A stretch of 64,000 nucleotides of DNA from Pseudomonadota bacterium (GCA_038529265.1 JBCBDX010000008.1:76294-140293); one strand, 5' to 3'; counted from the stretch's first letter, positions 36,654 to 47,952 are shown. The notes: generated by a model from the sequence alone, not told the origin. Made by a program: numbers and translations.

Positions 36654-37640
36654 TTAACTCAACGCCACGTTTGCCGCAGATTCTGGCAGTTCCTCGCCGA
36701 AGCAACGCTGATAGAACTCCGCTACCAGCGTGCGTTCCAAATCGTCGCACTTGTTCAGGAACGTAAGGCGGAAGGCCATACCAATGTCGCCGAAGATCTC
36801 AGCATTCTCCGCCCATGTGATAACGGTCCGCGGCGACATCACGGTTGATAGGTCGCCATTGATGAATGCCTGACGGGTCATATCAGCCAAACGCACCATG
36901 GCGTTGATCTGCTCGCGGCCTTCCTTGGTTTGGAAATTTTTGGCTTTTGCCAGAACAATTTCAACTTCATTGTCATGCGGCAGATAGTTGAGCGTGGTCA
37001 CAATAGACCAGCGGTCCATCTGCGCTTGGTTGATCTGCTGGGTGCCATGATAGAGGCCGGTCGTGTCGCCCAAGCCAACTGTGTTGGCGGTTGCAAACAG
37101 CCGGAAGGCCGGATGCGGCCGGATGACGCGTGACTGGTCCAAAAGGGTCAGGCGTCCCGAGCTTTCCAAAACCCGCTGGATAACAAACATCACGTCCGGG
37201 CGGCCGGCATCATATTCATCGAATACCAGCGCAACATTATTTTGATATGCCCAAGGTAGAATACCGTCCTTGAACTGCGTCACCTGCTTGCCATCCTGCA
37301 TGACAATGGCGTCCTTACCAACGAGATCGATGCGGCTGACATGGCTATCCAGGTTGACGCGTACTGCTGGCCAATTGAGCCGCGCCGCTACTTGTTCAAT
37401 GTGAGTGGACTTACCTGTGCCGTGGTAACCTGAAACCATCACGCGGCGATTGTGAGCAAAACCCGCTAGAATGGCCAGCGTGGTGTTGCGGTCGAAAATA
37501 TAGTCTGGGTCAACTTCCGGCACATGGGCGTTCGCAGCCGAGTATGCCGGGACGCTCATATCGATATCAATGCCGAATGTCTGGCGTACATCCAAACTTG
37601 TATCTGGCATATCGGCGATATCGAGTTCTATTTTGTTCAT
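36654..37640 (-). CDS. cobS: aerobic cobaltochelatase subunit CobS (AAA+/MoxR-like)
   Basis: [21 protein letters not shown] Walker A region. 328 aa. Confidence 0.9.
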   Translation of the reverse strand: MNKIELDIADMPDTSLDVRQTFGIDIDMSVPAYSAANAHVPEVDPDYIFDRNTTLAILAGFAHNRRVMVSGYHGTGKSTHIEQVAARLNWPAVRVNLDSHVSRIDLVGKDAIVMQDGKQVTQFKDGILPWAYQNNVALVFDEYDAGRPDVMFVIQRVLESSGRLTLLDQSRVIRPHPAFRLFATANTVGLGDTTGLYHGTQQINQAQMDRWSIVTTLNYLPHDNEVEIVLAKAKNFQTKEGREQINAMVRLADMTRQAFINGDLSTVMSPRTVITWAENAEIFGDIGMAFRLTFLNKCDDLERTLVAEFYQRCFGEELPESAANVALS

Positions 37641-37662
37641 CTTCTCAGGTCCCCTGACCAGC

Positions 37663-38286
37663 TCAGCAGAGCCCGGCCGTTTTAAGCAAATTGTAGGCGT
37701 TGATTACATCGCGAAAGCGTTCTTCGGAGGTTCGGTCGCCACCGTTGGCGTCCGGGTGATGTTTTTTCACCAGCACCTTGTAAGCGTTCTTGATGTCATC
37801 AGCAGACGCGGTGTCTTTCAGTCCAAGCGTTCGCATCGCTTTTGATTCAAGCGGTTTGAGACGTCGAACCGGCTTTGCGTTTCGCACTGCTTCCCAAGCA
37901 GCAGGATTACGCATGCGCATCGCTTTGGCCGAACCGGACTTCATGTCGGAGAAAACCGGTGTCGCGGTGCTTGGCTGCTTTGCCGTTCCCATTTTCCACG
38001 TCGGACGATCACCAACTTGCGACGCCTTTTGGAACTTGGCGATTTCGTCATCAGAAAGGCCCGAGAAGTAGTTATAGTTTTTATTATACTCGCGCACGTG
38101 ATCGACGCAGAACCACAAATATTCGCCGTCGCGGTTACGCCCCGCAGGTGCCTTATGGGCGCCCGGCTTGTCGCAACCGGCCCACTGGCATCGATTCGCT
38201 GCTTCCTCTGCGGCCTTTTTCTTTTTGCCGCCGGGATTAATACGAATGGAGTCGAAATATTTCGAGGTCGATGATGGCATGGTCAC
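37663..38286 (-). CDS. J-domain-containing protein
   Basis: C-terminal J domain with an HPD motif ([20 protein letters not shown]). N-terminal CxxC..C..H-like region ([13 protein letters not shown]...WFCVDH). Confidence 0.8.
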   Translation of the reverse strand: MTMPSSTSKYFDSIRINPGGKKKKAAEEAANRCQWAGCDKPGAHKAPAGRNRDGEYLWFCVDHVREYNKNYNYFSGLSDDEIAKFQKASQVGDRPTWKMGTAKQPSTATPVFSDMKSGSAKAMRMRNPAAWEAVRNAKPVRRLKPLESKAMRTLGLKDTASADDIKNAYKVLVKKHHPDANGGDRTSEERFRDVINAYNLLKTAGLC

Positions 38287-38436
38287 ACAAATTATGGGGC
38301 GTGCCCCGGTTTCGGCAATAATGGCAGCGGTGAGCGGCGGTTAAAACTCAAGTCGTTTCAGCCATGTCCGGCTTGAAAGAGCGACGCATTGGTGTAACGG
38401 CAAGGCTGTTTGCTGGCAAGATGGAGTAGCGTTTAA

Positions 38437-38706
38437 ATGGGACCTTTGGAGCAATCAATCAACCGCAAGCTGCGCGACACTTTTGACCCATCAACGCTGG
38501 AAGTGATCAATGAAAGCCACCAGCATGCAGGCCACCAAGGTGGTGCAGTGGATGGAACCGGCGAAACGCATTTTCGCGTCAGAATTACAGCGACCGCATT
38601 TGCAACCATGAACCGATTGCAGCGACACCGAGCAGTCAATGAGGTTTTGGCCGACGAGCTCGCAAAAGGCGTCCACGCATTGGCCGTCGAACCAAGCGCT
38701 CCATGA
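38437..38706 (+). CDS. BolA family protein
   Basis: LEVINESHQHAGH...FRVRI...F......RHR.V is the BolA pattern. 89 aa. Confidence 0.85.
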   Translation: MGPLEQSINRKLRDTFDPSTLEVINESHQHAGHQGGAVDGTGETHFRVRITATAFATMNRLQRHRAVNEVLADELAKGVHALAVEPSAP

Positions 38707-38707
38707 C

Positions 38708-39967
38708 TTAAGAAACCGAGCGTATCCGAATTTTTTCCAGCCGGTTTTTTTGTCGCTTGATCACCACAAAGCGTTTGCCATGGAATGTGAATGCCTGCTT
38801 TTCGGTTGGAATGATTTTGGCTTCGTGAATAACCAGGCCCGCGATTGTCGTGGCTTCTTCGTCCGGCAAATTCCAATCCAGTGCCCGGTTCAGGTCACGG
38901 ATTGGTACCGACCCATCGACCAATACAGACCCATCACCTTCGGTTTTCACGCCTGAGACTTCCACATCATGTTCGTCAGCTATTTCGCCGACGATCTCTT
39001 CCATGATGTCTTCAAGGGTCACCAAACCCTCTAGTTCGCCATATTCATCAACGACGATAGCGACATGGGCTTTGCGGCGCAAAAACGCGTTGAGTTGATC
39101 GTGCAGCATTGTTGTATCGGGAACAAACCAAGGCTCGTTGGCAACTTTCATAATGTCTATTTTTGAGGGCTCATTGCCGACCGCGTGGAGCGCGCGCAGC
39201 AGGTCTTTGGCGTGCACAATGCCAACGATATTGTCCGTTTCGCCACGCCATACGGGCATTCGCGTATAAGGGCTTTTCAGTATTTCCGAGACAACGATAT
39301 CTGCCGGGTCATCGGCATTGACCATATACATGTTCGTGCGGTGGATCATGACATCAGAAACGTCGAGTTCCTGAAGATCGAGTAGGCCACCGAGGCGTTC
39401 GCGGTCTTCCTTATCCACTGAACCTTCTTGGTGCAGCACTTCAACAGCGCCACGCAGTTCCTCGCGGCCTGACAACAGGGCCTGATCCTCACCGAAGCGC
39501 ACGCCGAAACGCGCCAGAATAAACCGCACGATGTTATCTACCGCTGCAGCCAGCGGTGAAACGATGCGCACGAAAAACGACACCACCGGAACGACAAAGA
39601 GCGCAAATTTGTCGGTGCGGGAGATGGCCAGATATTTCGGCATCACCTCAGCAAAAATGACCAGAAGCGGTGTCAGCACGAGTGTTGCATAGACAAGGCC
39701 GGTTTCGCCAAAAAGTGCCAGAAAGAGGCTTGTCGTCAGCACGGGCGACATCACGTTGACCAGATTGTTGCCGATGAGAATGGAGCCGATCAAGCGCTCC
39801 TTGTTCTCCGTCAGCATGGCCACCTTCTCAGCCCGGCGATTGCCCTGATTTGCTAATTGTTTCATTCGTCCGCGCGAGACAGCGGTTAGGGCTGTTTCCG
39901 ATCCGGAGAAGAATCCCGACATGACAATCAGGATGAGTACGGCGGCTACAATTATCCAGGTTTCCAT
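38708..39967 (-). CDS. HlyC/CorC (TlyC) family transporter with DUF21, CBS pair and CorC_HlyC domains
   Basis: N-terminal four-TM DUF21 (GFFSGSETALTAV), a CBS pair, and a C-terminal transporter-associated domain. Confidence 0.85.
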   Translation of the reverse strand: METWIIVAAVLILIVMSGFFSGSETALTAVSRGRMKQLANQGNRRAEKVAMLTENKERLIGSILIGNNLVNVMSPVLTTSLFLALFGETGLVYATLVLTPLLVIFAEVMPKYLAISRTDKFALFVVPVVSFFVRIVSPLAAAVDNIVRFILARFGVRFGEDQALLSGREELRGAVEVLHQEGSVDKEDRERLGGLLDLQELDVSDVMIHRTNMYMVNADDPADIVVSEILKSPYTRMPVWRGETDNIVGIVHAKDLLRALHAVGNEPSKIDIMKVANEPWFVPDTTMLHDQLNAFLRRKAHVAIVVDEYGELEGLVTLEDIMEEIVGEIADEHDVEVSGVKTEGDGSVLVDGSVPIRDLNRALDWNLPDEEATTIAGLVIHEAKIIPTEKQAFTFHGKRFVVIKRQKNRLEKIRIRSVS

Positions 39968-39998
39968 TTGCTTTTGCTTTCAGCGGAGATTTCAGCTC

Positions 39999-41108
39999 TT
40001 AAAGAGCAGTTTCCAAAAAGGCGTGCACTTCAGAAGAGGGCACGTTTTTTGCAACAAAGGCCTGCCCAATACCTCTTGTCAGTATAAAGGTAAGCGCACC
40101 ACGCGAAACCTTTTTGTCCTGTGCAATGAAGTTCAAAAACTGCTCGGCATCTTCAATATACGGGTGCATGCATGATAGGTCAGACGGCAGGCCTACCGTT
40201 TCAAGATGAGATTTTATCCGGTCCGTATCGTCAGGGCTCGCGTGGTTCAGCCGTGACGAAAATGCATGCGCAAGGACCATGCCGATAGACACGCCTTCAC
40301 CATGTACCAGGATGTCTGGATTGTATTTTGCGATGCCCTCTAAAGCATGGCCGAAAGTGTGGCCAAGATTGAGCAAGGCTCGCTCGCCACTTTCAAATTC
40401 ATCGCGTTCAACGATGGCTGCTTTTGCCCGGCAGGAATAGGCAATTGCTTCGATGCGATCCGTGCCACCTGCGAAGATGCCGCGCCAATTCTTTTCAAGC
40501 CATGAAAAGAAAGCTTCGTCACCGATCAGCCCATATTTGATGACTTCGGCATAACCGGCTTTGAACTCGCGATCCGTCAGGGTGTCCAAAACGCTGGTAT
40601 CGGCGATAACCAGTTTTGGCTGGTGGAAAGCACCGACTAGATTTTTTCCATGGGGTGAGTTTATGCCGGTTTTACCGCCAACCGATGAATCCACTTGTGC
40701 AAGTAGGGTTGTTGGTATCTGCACAAAATTCATTCCACGTCGCACGATAGATGCTGCGAAGCCAGCCAGATCTCCAATCACACCGCCACCAAAACCGATC
40801 ACGGCGTCGTTGCGTTCAAGTCGTGCTTCCAGAACGTCTTCAACAACCTTCTGGAGATGGCTGTAGCTTTTCGTGGTTTCCCCGGCCGGTAGAATAATCT
40901 CGCAAAAATCGAGGTTGGCAGCTTCCAGTGACGCTTTGAGAGTTGGCAAATGTCTTGAAGCAACATTCTCGTCGGTGACAATTGCGCATCGCGTGTTTGG
41001 CAAGACGTCTGAGATGGCCGTGCCAGCATTTGCCAGAAGGGCATCGCCGATCAAGATGTTATAGGAGCGCTCGCCCAGACCCACGCTTACAGTTTGACTG
41101 GGTATCAT
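39999..41108 (-). CDS. aroB: 3-dehydroquinate synthase
   Basis: GGGVIGDLAGFAA and LNLGHTFGHA motifs. 369 aa. Confidence 0.92.
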   Translation of the reverse strand: MIPSQTVSVGLGERSYNILIGDALLANAGTAISDVLPNTRCAIVTDENVASRHLPTLKASLEAANLDFCEIILPAGETTKSYSHLQKVVEDVLEARLERNDAVIGFGGGVIGDLAGFAASIVRRGMNFVQIPTTLLAQVDSSVGGKTGINSPHGKNLVGAFHQPKLVIADTSVLDTLTDREFKAGYAEVIKYGLIGDEAFFSWLEKNWRGIFAGGTDRIEAIAYSCRAKAAIVERDEFESGERALLNLGHTFGHALEGIAKYNPDILVHGEGVSIGMVLAHAFSSRLNHASPDDTDRIKSHLETVGLPSDLSCMHPYIEDAEQFLNFIAQDKKVSRGALTFILTRGIGQAFVAKNVPSSEVHAFLETAL

Positions 41109-41704
41109 TTTGGTTCCTTGTTCAAATGCTGCATGAGCGCGCCAACGACGCTGTCGACCATTGCCTCTTTCGAAACATCCTTGGACGTCACCGTGACATC
41201 AGCAGTCGCATAGACAGGATAACGGATATCAATCAACTCCTGCATAATGGCGCGGGGATTTGGCTTTTTCAGTAGTGGTCTGGTGGACTTGCGTGAAACT
41301 CGGGCCATTAGGAGATCAAGCTCAGCATTGAGCCAGACAGATACGCTCTTGCCTCCGATGGCGCTGCGTGTGTCTTCGTCCATAAACGCGCCACCACCAG
41401 TGGCAAGTACCAGCGACGTATCGGTTAAAAGCCTTTTGATCACGCTGGCTTCAAGACGGCGGAATTCCAGTTCGCCATATTGCTCGAAAATGTCAGCGAC
41501 CGGCATGTCTGCCGCTTTTTCAATTTCGGTATCACTATCCAGAAAAGGCAAGCCTAGTGCCTTGGCCAGTTTTCGTCCGATTGCAGATTTGCCAGCGCCC
41601 ATCAATCCAACCAGGACAATGGATCGACCATTCAGTTTTTCATTGACCGAGCGGATCGCATCTTGGTCGTGTTGATCGGATTTATCATGTTCCATGGTGG
41701 CCAT
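41105..41704 (-). CDS. aroK: shikimate kinase
   Basis: LVGLMGAGKSAIGRKLA Walker A. 4-nt overlap with aroB. The ORF extends to 41797, but MATMEH (41704) or MEH (41695) is the more likely start. Confidence 0.88.
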   Translation of the reverse strand: MATMEHDKSDQHDQDAIRSVNEKLNGRSIVLVGLMGAGKSAIGRKLAKALGLPFLDSDTEIEKAADMPVADIFEQYGELEFRRLEASVIKRLLTDTSLVLATGGGAFMDEDTRSAIGGKSVSVWLNAELDLLMARVSRKSTRPLLKKPNPRAIMQELIDIRYPVYATADVTVTSKDVSKEAMVDSVVGALMQHLNKEPK

Positions 41705-41818
41705 GTTTGCGCATGAAGTGCGAACTTGTGTCAAGCTCGTGGGGAGATCAGGTAGCCGCCCGTGTTGCATTTGTTGGTTGAATGCCGGTAAGAGCAAAAT
41801 GACTTAGCGGAAGAAAGA

Positions 41819-42040
41819 ATGCCAAGCCTCATACGATTTCTCATGACGCTGTTAGTGCTGGGTGGGCTCGCCTATGCGGGCATGTTCGCCCTCACTGTTT
41901 TTGTCGAGCCAAATCCCCGCGAAATGACGGTGCGTGTACCGCAGGATCGCATTAATCCACGCCCCGTGGCGCCTCCGCCGGTTCCAGTTGCAGAAACACC
42001 TGCAGTTGAACCGGGTGATGCAACTGCCGTGGAGCAGTAA
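41819..42040 (+). CDS. small single-TM protein with a proline-rich tail (hypothetical)
   Basis: 73 aa. LIRFLMTLLVLGGLAYAGMFALTVFV TM segment followed by a P/V/A-rich tail, with AAGAAAGA upstream. Confidence 0.5.
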   Translation: MPSLIRFLMTLLVLGGLAYAGMFALTVFVEPNPREMTVRVPQDRINPRPVAPPPVPVAETPAVEPGDATAVEQ

Positions 42041-42083
42041 TCTCTGCATCTTCCGGTAACCATTATCGTTTAATTTCCAAGGC

Positions 42084-43004
42084 ATGATTGAGGCCTTTAT
42101 CGATATGATGTCCGCCGAACGTGGCGCTTCGCATCACACGTTGGACAATTATCGGCGCGATCTTGAAGATGTGCGTAACAACATCAAATCAGCCGGCTTG
42201 GAAGAAGCAACCGATGTCGAGATTGGTGCCTATTTAACGAAAATGGCTTCACGCGGATTTGCGCCTTCCAGCCAGGCACGACGACTTTCCAGTCTGCGTC
42301 AGTTTTTCAAATTCCTTTATGCTGAAGGCGTACGTGATGACGATCCGACCAGTCTTTTGGAGTCACCTCGCAAAAGAGCGGCGCTACCAAAAATTCTGTC
42401 CGTGGATGAAGTTGCCAGAATACTTGATCTTGCTGCATATGAAGCACGTGACGAGCGTATCGAGGGTAACAAGAAGCATCTAAACGCTCTGCGACTGCAC
42501 GCTTTTGTCGAACTATTATATGCAAGCGGTATGCGGGTCAGTGAACTCACCGAGTTGCCGGTGTCTGCACTTCACCGCAACGAGCCGTGGTTCACAGTTA
42601 AGGGTAAAGGTGGCCGTGAGCGTTTGATCCCTGTTTCTAAAAAAGCCCAGGCAGCGCTCGACGCCTATCATGATGCTCTGAGCACCCATTGCGATACCCG
42701 GCAAAACGACTGGCTTTTTCCAGATGGCTCATGCACTGGTGCGGTTGCCCGCCAAGTTATGGCGCGTGAGTTGAAGAGTTTGGCTGCGCGGGCTGGAATC
42801 GACCCCAAGCGAGTGTCACCGCATGTGCTGCGGCATGCGTTTGCCAGTCACCTTTTGCAAAATGGTGCCGATCTTCGTGTTGTCCAGCAGTTGCTTGGCC
42901 ACGCTGATATCGCCACAACTCAAATCTACACGCACGTGTTGGATGAGCGACTACAGTCTCTTGTTGAAGCGTGTCATCCGTTGGCTCACGCCTCAAGAAC
43001 TTGA
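42084..43004 (+). CDS. xerD: site-specific tyrosine recombinase XerD
   Basis: HVLRHAFASHLLQNGADLRVVQQLLGHADIATTQIYTHV catalytic region, in a housekeeping context (aroK...xerD-accA). Confidence 0.88.
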   Translation: MIEAFIDMMSAERGASHHTLDNYRRDLEDVRNNIKSAGLEEATDVEIGAYLTKMASRGFAPSSQARRLSSLRQFFKFLYAEGVRDDDPTSLLESPRKRAALPKILSVDEVARILDLAAYEARDERIEGNKKHLNALRLHAFVELLYASGMRVSELTELPVSALHRNEPWFTVKGKGGRERLIPVSKKAQAALDAYHDALSTHCDTRQNDWLFPDGSCTGAVARQVMARELKSLAARAGIDPKRVSPHVLRHAFASHLLQNGADLRVVQQLLGHADIATTQIYTHVLDERLQSLVEACHPLAHASRT

Positions 43005-43056
43005 CATCGCGCGTGCAAAGCGCCACGTGCGCTTGCGAAGAAACAACTAGGCCGTG

Positions 43057-44013
43057 ATGTACTCTTACCTCGATTTCGAAAAGCCAATTGCTGATCTGGA
43101 AGGCCAGATCATGGAGTTGAAAAAACTTGCCGAGAGCGGTGAGGGTGCTGTTGATGTGGCTGATGAAGTTGCGCGTTTGGAAAAACGGTCGCGTGAAGCT
43201 TTAGTGGACGTTTATCGCAAGCTGACGCCTTGGCAGAAAGCGCAGATCGCGCGGCATCCAGATCGGCCGCACTGTGTAGACTACATTGAGGCCTTGTTCA
43301 CCGAGTTCACACCTGTTGCCGGTGATCGCAACTTTGCTGAGGATCACGCTTTCATGACGGGTTTTGCCCGGTTTGATGGTCGGCCGGTTGCCGTTATCGG
43401 TCAGGAAAAAGGTTCCGATACCAAGTCCCGCCTGAAACGTAACTTCGGGATGGGTCGCCCGGAAGGCTATCGCAAGGCAGTGCGGCTGATGGAATTGGCC
43501 AACCGGTTCAATATGCCTGTGATTACATTAGTAGACACTGCCGGTGCTTATCCCGGTATTGGTGCTGAAGAACGCGGTCAAGCAGAGGCGATCGCCCGCT
43601 CTACTGAAATGTGCCTGAATTTGACTGTGCCCATCGTCGCTGCGGTCATTGGCGAAGGCGGATCGGGCGGCGCTATCGCTATTGCGACTGCCAACAAAGT
43701 CTACATGTTGGAACACGCAATCTACTCTGTGATTTCACCGGAAGCTGGTGCATCGATACTGTGGCGTGATGCTGCCAAAGCGAAAGATGTTGCGATGGCG
43801 ATGAAAATTACCGCGCAAGACTTGCTGGAAATGAAGATCATTGACGGGATTGTGCCTGAGCCACTTGGTGGCGCGCATCGTGACCGGGCTTTTGTTATCG
43901 AAGAAACGCGTCGCTACATCCAAAAAGGTATGAAGGCCTTCGACGGGATGTCAGGCGATGATATCAAAAATGCCCGCCGTCAGAAGTTTTTGGCGATCGG
44001 CAGAGACCTCTGA
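43057..44013 (+). CDS. accA: acetyl-CoA carboxylase carboxyltransferase subunit alpha
   Basis: [19 protein letters not shown]-terminus and [10 protein letters not shown]-like motif ([12 protein letters not shown]). Confidence 0.93.
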   Translation: MYSYLDFEKPIADLEGQIMELKKLAESGEGAVDVADEVARLEKRSREALVDVYRKLTPWQKAQIARHPDRPHCVDYIEALFTEFTPVAGDRNFAEDHAFMTGFARFDGRPVAVIGQEKGSDTKSRLKRNFGMGRPEGYRKAVRLMELANRFNMPVITLVDTAGAYPGIGAEERGQAEAIARSTEMCLNLTVPIVAAVIGEGGSGGAIAIATANKVYMLEHAIYSVISPEAGASILWRDAAKAKDVAMAMKITAQDLLEMKIIDGIVPEPLGGAHRDRAFVIEETRRYIQKGMKAFDGMSGDDIKNARRQKFLAIGRDL

Positions 44014-44125
44014 CAAATATTAGCCTGAAACGCGCTGTATTGACATTTGCGTGAGGCACGCGTGGTGAACCTTGCAGTAACCATGAGACGATAATATTCC
44101 AGTCTCGACCATTGGGAAATTTTGC

Positions 44126-45271
44126 ATGCGCGGCGTGTTTAAATTGGCAGTTGCAGCTTCGGCGTTGGCGGTTCTGGCTGGTTGCCAGGCCTCCTCCGTT
44201 CTCGGCGTGAACAAGGCTGATGCACCTTTGCCGCGCGATGCGCTGGCCTTTATGCGATCTGAGGGCATGACTGCAGCCTCACCAATCATGATGCGCATTT
44301 TCAAAGAAGAAGCTATTCTCGAAGTTTGGAAGCAGGCGCCGACCGGCCGCTATGAGTTGGTCAAGGAATATGAAATCTGCACCTATTCCGGCCAAAAAGG
44401 TCCCAAGTACAAGGAAGGTGACAGGCAAGCGCCGGAAGGCTTCTATTTTGTCGGCAAGCGGCATCTAAATCCCAGATCATCCTATCATCTTTCGTTCAAT
44501 TTGGGATTTCCTAACCGCTACGATCGATCTCACGGACGAACCGGCAGCCATTTGATGGTTCATGGCGATTGTTCGTCAGCGGGCTGCTACGCGATGACTG
44601 ATGAGTATATTGAAGAAATATACGCCTTTGCGCGTGAGGCGTTGCGCGGTGGCCAACAGTCTGAATTTCAGGTTCAGGCTTTTCCTTTCCGCATGACGCC
44701 GGAAAATATGGCCGCGCATCGCGACGACCGCCACTTTGAGTATTGGACCATGCTCAAACAGGGTTATGATCACTTCGAATTGACAAAACAGCCACCGAAG
44801 GTCGATGTTTGCGATAGACGCTATGTTTTCAATGTCGCGCCGACTGAGGAAGGGATGAGCTTTCAGGCTTCATCACAATGCCCGGAGCTTCAAATGCCGC
44901 GCGGCTTGGCGCTCGCCTATTCTGAAATGGCAACCGAGCATACACTAGCCTTTGAAAACGCTGTCGCGCGCCTAGAGGGTCGCGGCAAACTGCTTGAGCA
45001 AGGTCTGCAGCAAAGCCTTATTCCAGCCGAAACACTGGCCATCATTGAGGCATCTATCGCAGCACCACCACCTGTTGTGGAGCCGGTTGAGGTCGAAACC
45101 CCCGAGCTGATCACCGAGCCATTGCCACCAGCTGACGCCGCTGTATCAACGAGTGTTGAAAATGTTTCAACTTCCACGCAACCGGCAGGCGATCCGCTTT
45201 TCCCGGTGGCGCCGCCGCCGCCCGCCGCGGTTGTGATTACGGGTCCGCAAGATACAACGGCCGCCCAATAA
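44126..45271 (+). CDS. L,D-transpeptidase family protein (YafK-like) with a proline-rich C-terminal tail
   Basis: Lipoprotein-like signal (ALAVLAGC). Catalytic region HLMVHGDCSSAGCYAM. Confidence 0.75.
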   Translation: MRGVFKLAVAASALAVLAGCQASSVLGVNKADAPLPRDALAFMRSEGMTAASPIMMRIFKEEAILEVWKQAPTGRYELVKEYEICTYSGQKGPKYKEGDRQAPEGFYFVGKRHLNPRSSYHLSFNLGFPNRYDRSHGRTGSHLMVHGDCSSAGCYAMTDEYIEEIYAFAREALRGGQQSEFQVQAFPFRMTPENMAAHRDDRHFEYWTMLKQGYDHFELTKQPPKVDVCDRRYVFNVAPTEEGMSFQASSQCPELQMPRGLALAYSEMATEHTLAFENAVARLEGRGKLLEQGLQQSLIPAETLAIIEASIAAPPPVVEPVEVETPELITEPLPPADAAVSTSVENVSTSTQPAGDPLFPVAPPPPAAVVITGPQDTTAAQ

Positions 45272-45278
45272 GTTCTCA

Positions 45279-45506
45279 ATGGCTGATGTTCGCAATTTAC
45301 GCGGCTTAAAGTGCCCGCTTCCGGTTCTCCGAGCGCAAAAGTATCTTCGCGAAGTCTCAATCGGCGAGCATATTTGGATCGAGACGGACGATCCTCTTGC
45401 AGCGCTGGACGTGCCTCACTTTTGCCAAGAAAAGTCACATCCACTGATTGCTGCCGAAGAACTGGAAGACGGCGCTATCCGCTTCGAAATCGAACGCGGC
45501 AACTAG
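45279..45506 (+). CDS. TusA-like sulfurtransferase
   Basis: 75 aa with an LKCPLPVLRAQK (CPxP) motif. Confidence 0.8.
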   Translation: MADVRNLRGLKCPLPVLRAQKYLREVSIGEHIWIETDDPLAALDVPHFCQEKSHPLIAAEELEDGAIRFEIERGN

Positions 45507-45511
45507 CGTGA

Positions 45512-46684
45512 CTAGCTCGGGCGTTGGCTGGGTATTGGGGCTGTTCGCCCATCCCGCAGTCTGAACTGCTCCATATCCAGCACATCACTGGCTGGTTCCA
45601 GCACTGGCCGCGGTAGTGGAACGGGATAAGCGCTGATCACAGCACGGTCGAGGACGATGGCTGAAGCACTGGCTCCGATCGCGCCGCCAAGGCCGGTGCT
45701 TATCGCTTCTGGCGCTCGTGCAAGCGGCCTTATCAGTTCGGTCTCAAAGTCAATGAAACCCTCAATCTGCCGCCCATCCCAACGCGCTGCCCGCGCTTCT
45801 TCTGTGCACACCTGGGGTCGCAGGTTTGCTGTCGTAGTAGAAGCATTCTCCGGTCTTGGCAGTGTTCGGATGTTAGCGGTTGATACGGTCGGATCAGCAG
45901 TAAAACCGGTTTCTAACAAAACAGCGCTTTTTTCAGCGCGCGCCTTTTGGCTCTCTTCTCCAAGAACGATTGCAATCATGGTTTGTCCATCACGCGTCGC
46001 GCTGGCGGCAATGTTAAACCCGGAGGCGCAAACGAACCCCGTTTTCATGCCGTCTGCGCCTGCATAACGCCCGAGCAGCAGATTATAGCTGGTTGTAACT
46101 GTTTCGCCGGCTCTTATCGCTTCGGCCTCAAACAGACTGTCATATTGTGGAAAACGCTGCCGGATTGCTTGAGCCAAAATCGCCAAGTCTCTGGCAGTGG
46201 AATATTGATCCGGATGATCCAAACCATGGGCGTTGGCAAAACGCGTGTCGGTCATGCCAAGAGATCGCGCAGTCTCATTCATCCGTGTGACAAACGCATC
46301 AGGTGTTCCGGAAACTGCTTGGCCAAGCGCAACGGCGACGTCATTTGCCGATTTGATGATTAGCATCTCAAGCGCATTCTCAACGGTCATTACTGATCCG
46401 ACCGCATAGCCCATTTTACTAGGTGGGGCGCTTGCGGCTACGACTGACATACGTACTGGTGCGCTGGGTGTTAAGGCACCTGCCTCAATTGCTTCGAAAG
46501 TGACATAGGCTGTCATCAGTTTGGTCAGAGACGCCGGGCTCCATCGGTCGAAAGCTTGCTCATGATGCAGGACACGGCCGCTTGCGGCATCAATCAAAAC
46601 GGCTGGTGCACTGTTGGCTTCTAGCGACACCAAGCATATGCCTGAAATCGCCATAAGCTTAATGTGAGTGCCGATATTCCTCAT
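45512..46684 (-). CDS. D-alanyl-D-alanine carboxypeptidase (S11, low-MW PBP)
   Basis: SLTK (SxxK), SAND (SxN) and KTG motifs in the correct order, plus a signal peptide. Confidence 0.88.
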   Translation of the reverse strand: MRNIGTHIKLMAISGICLVSLEANSAPAVLIDAASGRVLHHEQAFDRWSPASLTKLMTAYVTFEAIEAGALTPSAPVRMSVVAASAPPSKMGYAVGSVMTVENALEMLIIKSANDVAVALGQAVSGTPDAFVTRMNETARSLGMTDTRFANAHGLDHPDQYSTARDLAILAQAIRQRFPQYDSLFEAEAIRAGETVTTSYNLLLGRYAGADGMKTGFVCASGFNIAASATRDGQTMIAIVLGEESQKARAEKSAVLLETGFTADPTVSTANIRTLPRPENASTTTANLRPQVCTEEARAARWDGRQIEGFIDFETELIRPLARAPEAISTGLGGAIGASASAIVLDRAVISAYPVPLPRPVLEPASDVLDMEQFRLRDGRTAPIPSQRPS

Positions 46685-46788
46685 GATTGCTGTCTAGACC
46701 ACCAACATGTCGATAACAAGAAACTGTAGAACGTAAGCCTTGTCTCCTGCTGTTTTGCTCTCCATCTTGCCAGCAACAGGAGTTATCA

Positions 46789-47952
46789 ATGCCGATTTTG
46801 AACCGCGCAGCTGAACTACAAGATGAAGTTAAAGGCTGGCGTCGCCATTTGCACCAGCATCCAGAGCTCATGTTTGATGTTCATGAGACGGCCCGTTTTG
46901 TCGAAGAGAAACTGCGCGCTTTCGGTGTTGATGAGATCGTCACTGGAATGGGGCGCACTGGCGTTGTTGGTGTCATCAAGGGTCAGCGTGGCTCGGGTGA
47001 AACCTTGGGGTTGCGCGCAGATATGGATGCGCTACCGATCAAAGAAGCAACTGGCGTTGACCATGCCTCTAAAGTCAGTGGCAAGATGCATGCCTGTGGG
47101 CATGATGGACACACTGCCATGCTTCTGGGCGCAGCAAAGTATCTGGCGGAGACGCGCAATTTTCCGGGTACTGTTGTGGTGATCTTCCAGCCCGCCGAAG
47201 AGGGTGGTGGCGGCGGTCGCGAAATGGTTCAGGACGGGTTGATGGATCGCTTCGGAATCGACCGCGTTTACGGCATGCACAACATGCCCCAAATTCCGGT
47301 CGGCGAGTTTACGATCCGCAGCGGTGCCTTCTTTGCAGCAACTGATCAGTTCATGATTACCGTACGTGGAAAGGGTGGGCATGCAGCCATGCCTCATCAG
47401 AGCGTTGACCCTATCGTTATTGGTGCGCAAATCGTCCAAGGCCTTCAAACGATTGCGGCGCGCACGGTCGACCCTATTGGGTCGGTCGTTGTGTCAGTGA
47501 CCAAGTTCAACGCAGGTGAGGCGTTCAACGTTATTCCCGAGGCGGCAAAAATCGCGGGAACCATTCGGACGCTGGATGCGGATGTTCGCATTCTCGCGGA
47601 AGAGAAACTGAAGGCGATCTCCAAGAGCATTGCTGAAGCATTTGGTGCGTCGGTCGACGTTCAGTTTTGGCGGGGATATCCAGTGACCGTCAATGATGCG
47701 AATGAAACGCAAACAGCTATTGAAAATGCCGTTTCGGTCGTTGGTGCTGATAGTGTGGGTCGCGATATTGACCCATTTATGGGCGGCGAGGATTTTGCCT
47801 ATATGCTGGAAAAACGTCCAGGCTCAATGATCTTGATTGGCAATGGCGATAGTGCAGGGCTCCACCATCCGGCCTATGATTTTAATGATGAAATCATTCC
47901 GTATGGAATCAGCTATTGGGCCAGCATTGCGGAAAATAATCGTGCCACTTGA
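46789..47952 (+). CDS. M20 family amidohydrolase (hippurate hydrolase/aminoacylase type)
   Basis: LRADMDALP, ACGHDGH and QPAEEGGGG motifs. Confidence 0.85.
   Translation: MPILNRAAELQDEVKGWRRHLHQHPELMFDVHETARFVEEKLRAFGVDEIVTGMGRTGVVGVIKGQRGSGETLGLRADMDALPIKEATGVDHASKVSGKMHACGHDGHTAMLLGAAKYLAETRNFPGTVVVIFQPAEEGGGGGREMVQDGLMDRFGIDRVYGMHNMPQIPVGEFTIRSGAFFAATDQFMITVRGKGGHAAMPHQSVDPIVIGAQIVQGLQTIAARTVDPIGSVVVSVTKFNAGEAFNVIPEAAKIAGTIRTLDADVRILAEEKLKAISKSIAEAFGASVDVQFWRGYPVTVNDANETQTAIENAVSVVGADSVGRDIDPFMGGEDFAYMLEKRPGSMILIGNGDSAGLHHPAYDFNDEIIPYGISYWASIAENNRAT

Noticed and set aside
38433-38876. 147-aa minus-strand ORF
   Set aside because: It is antisense to bolA and overlaps the end of the CorC gene. 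It has no motifs.
42084-43004. Tyrosine recombinase as a marker of an integrated mobile element
   Set aside because: The sequence and context (aroK...xerD-accA) are those of housekeeping XerD. There is no flanking tRNA, direct repeat, or phage or transposon gene.
44917-45444. 175-aa minus-strand ORF
   Set aside because: It is antisense to the proline-rich tail of the L,D-transpeptidase and to the tusA-like gene, giving Gly/Ala/Ser low complexity.
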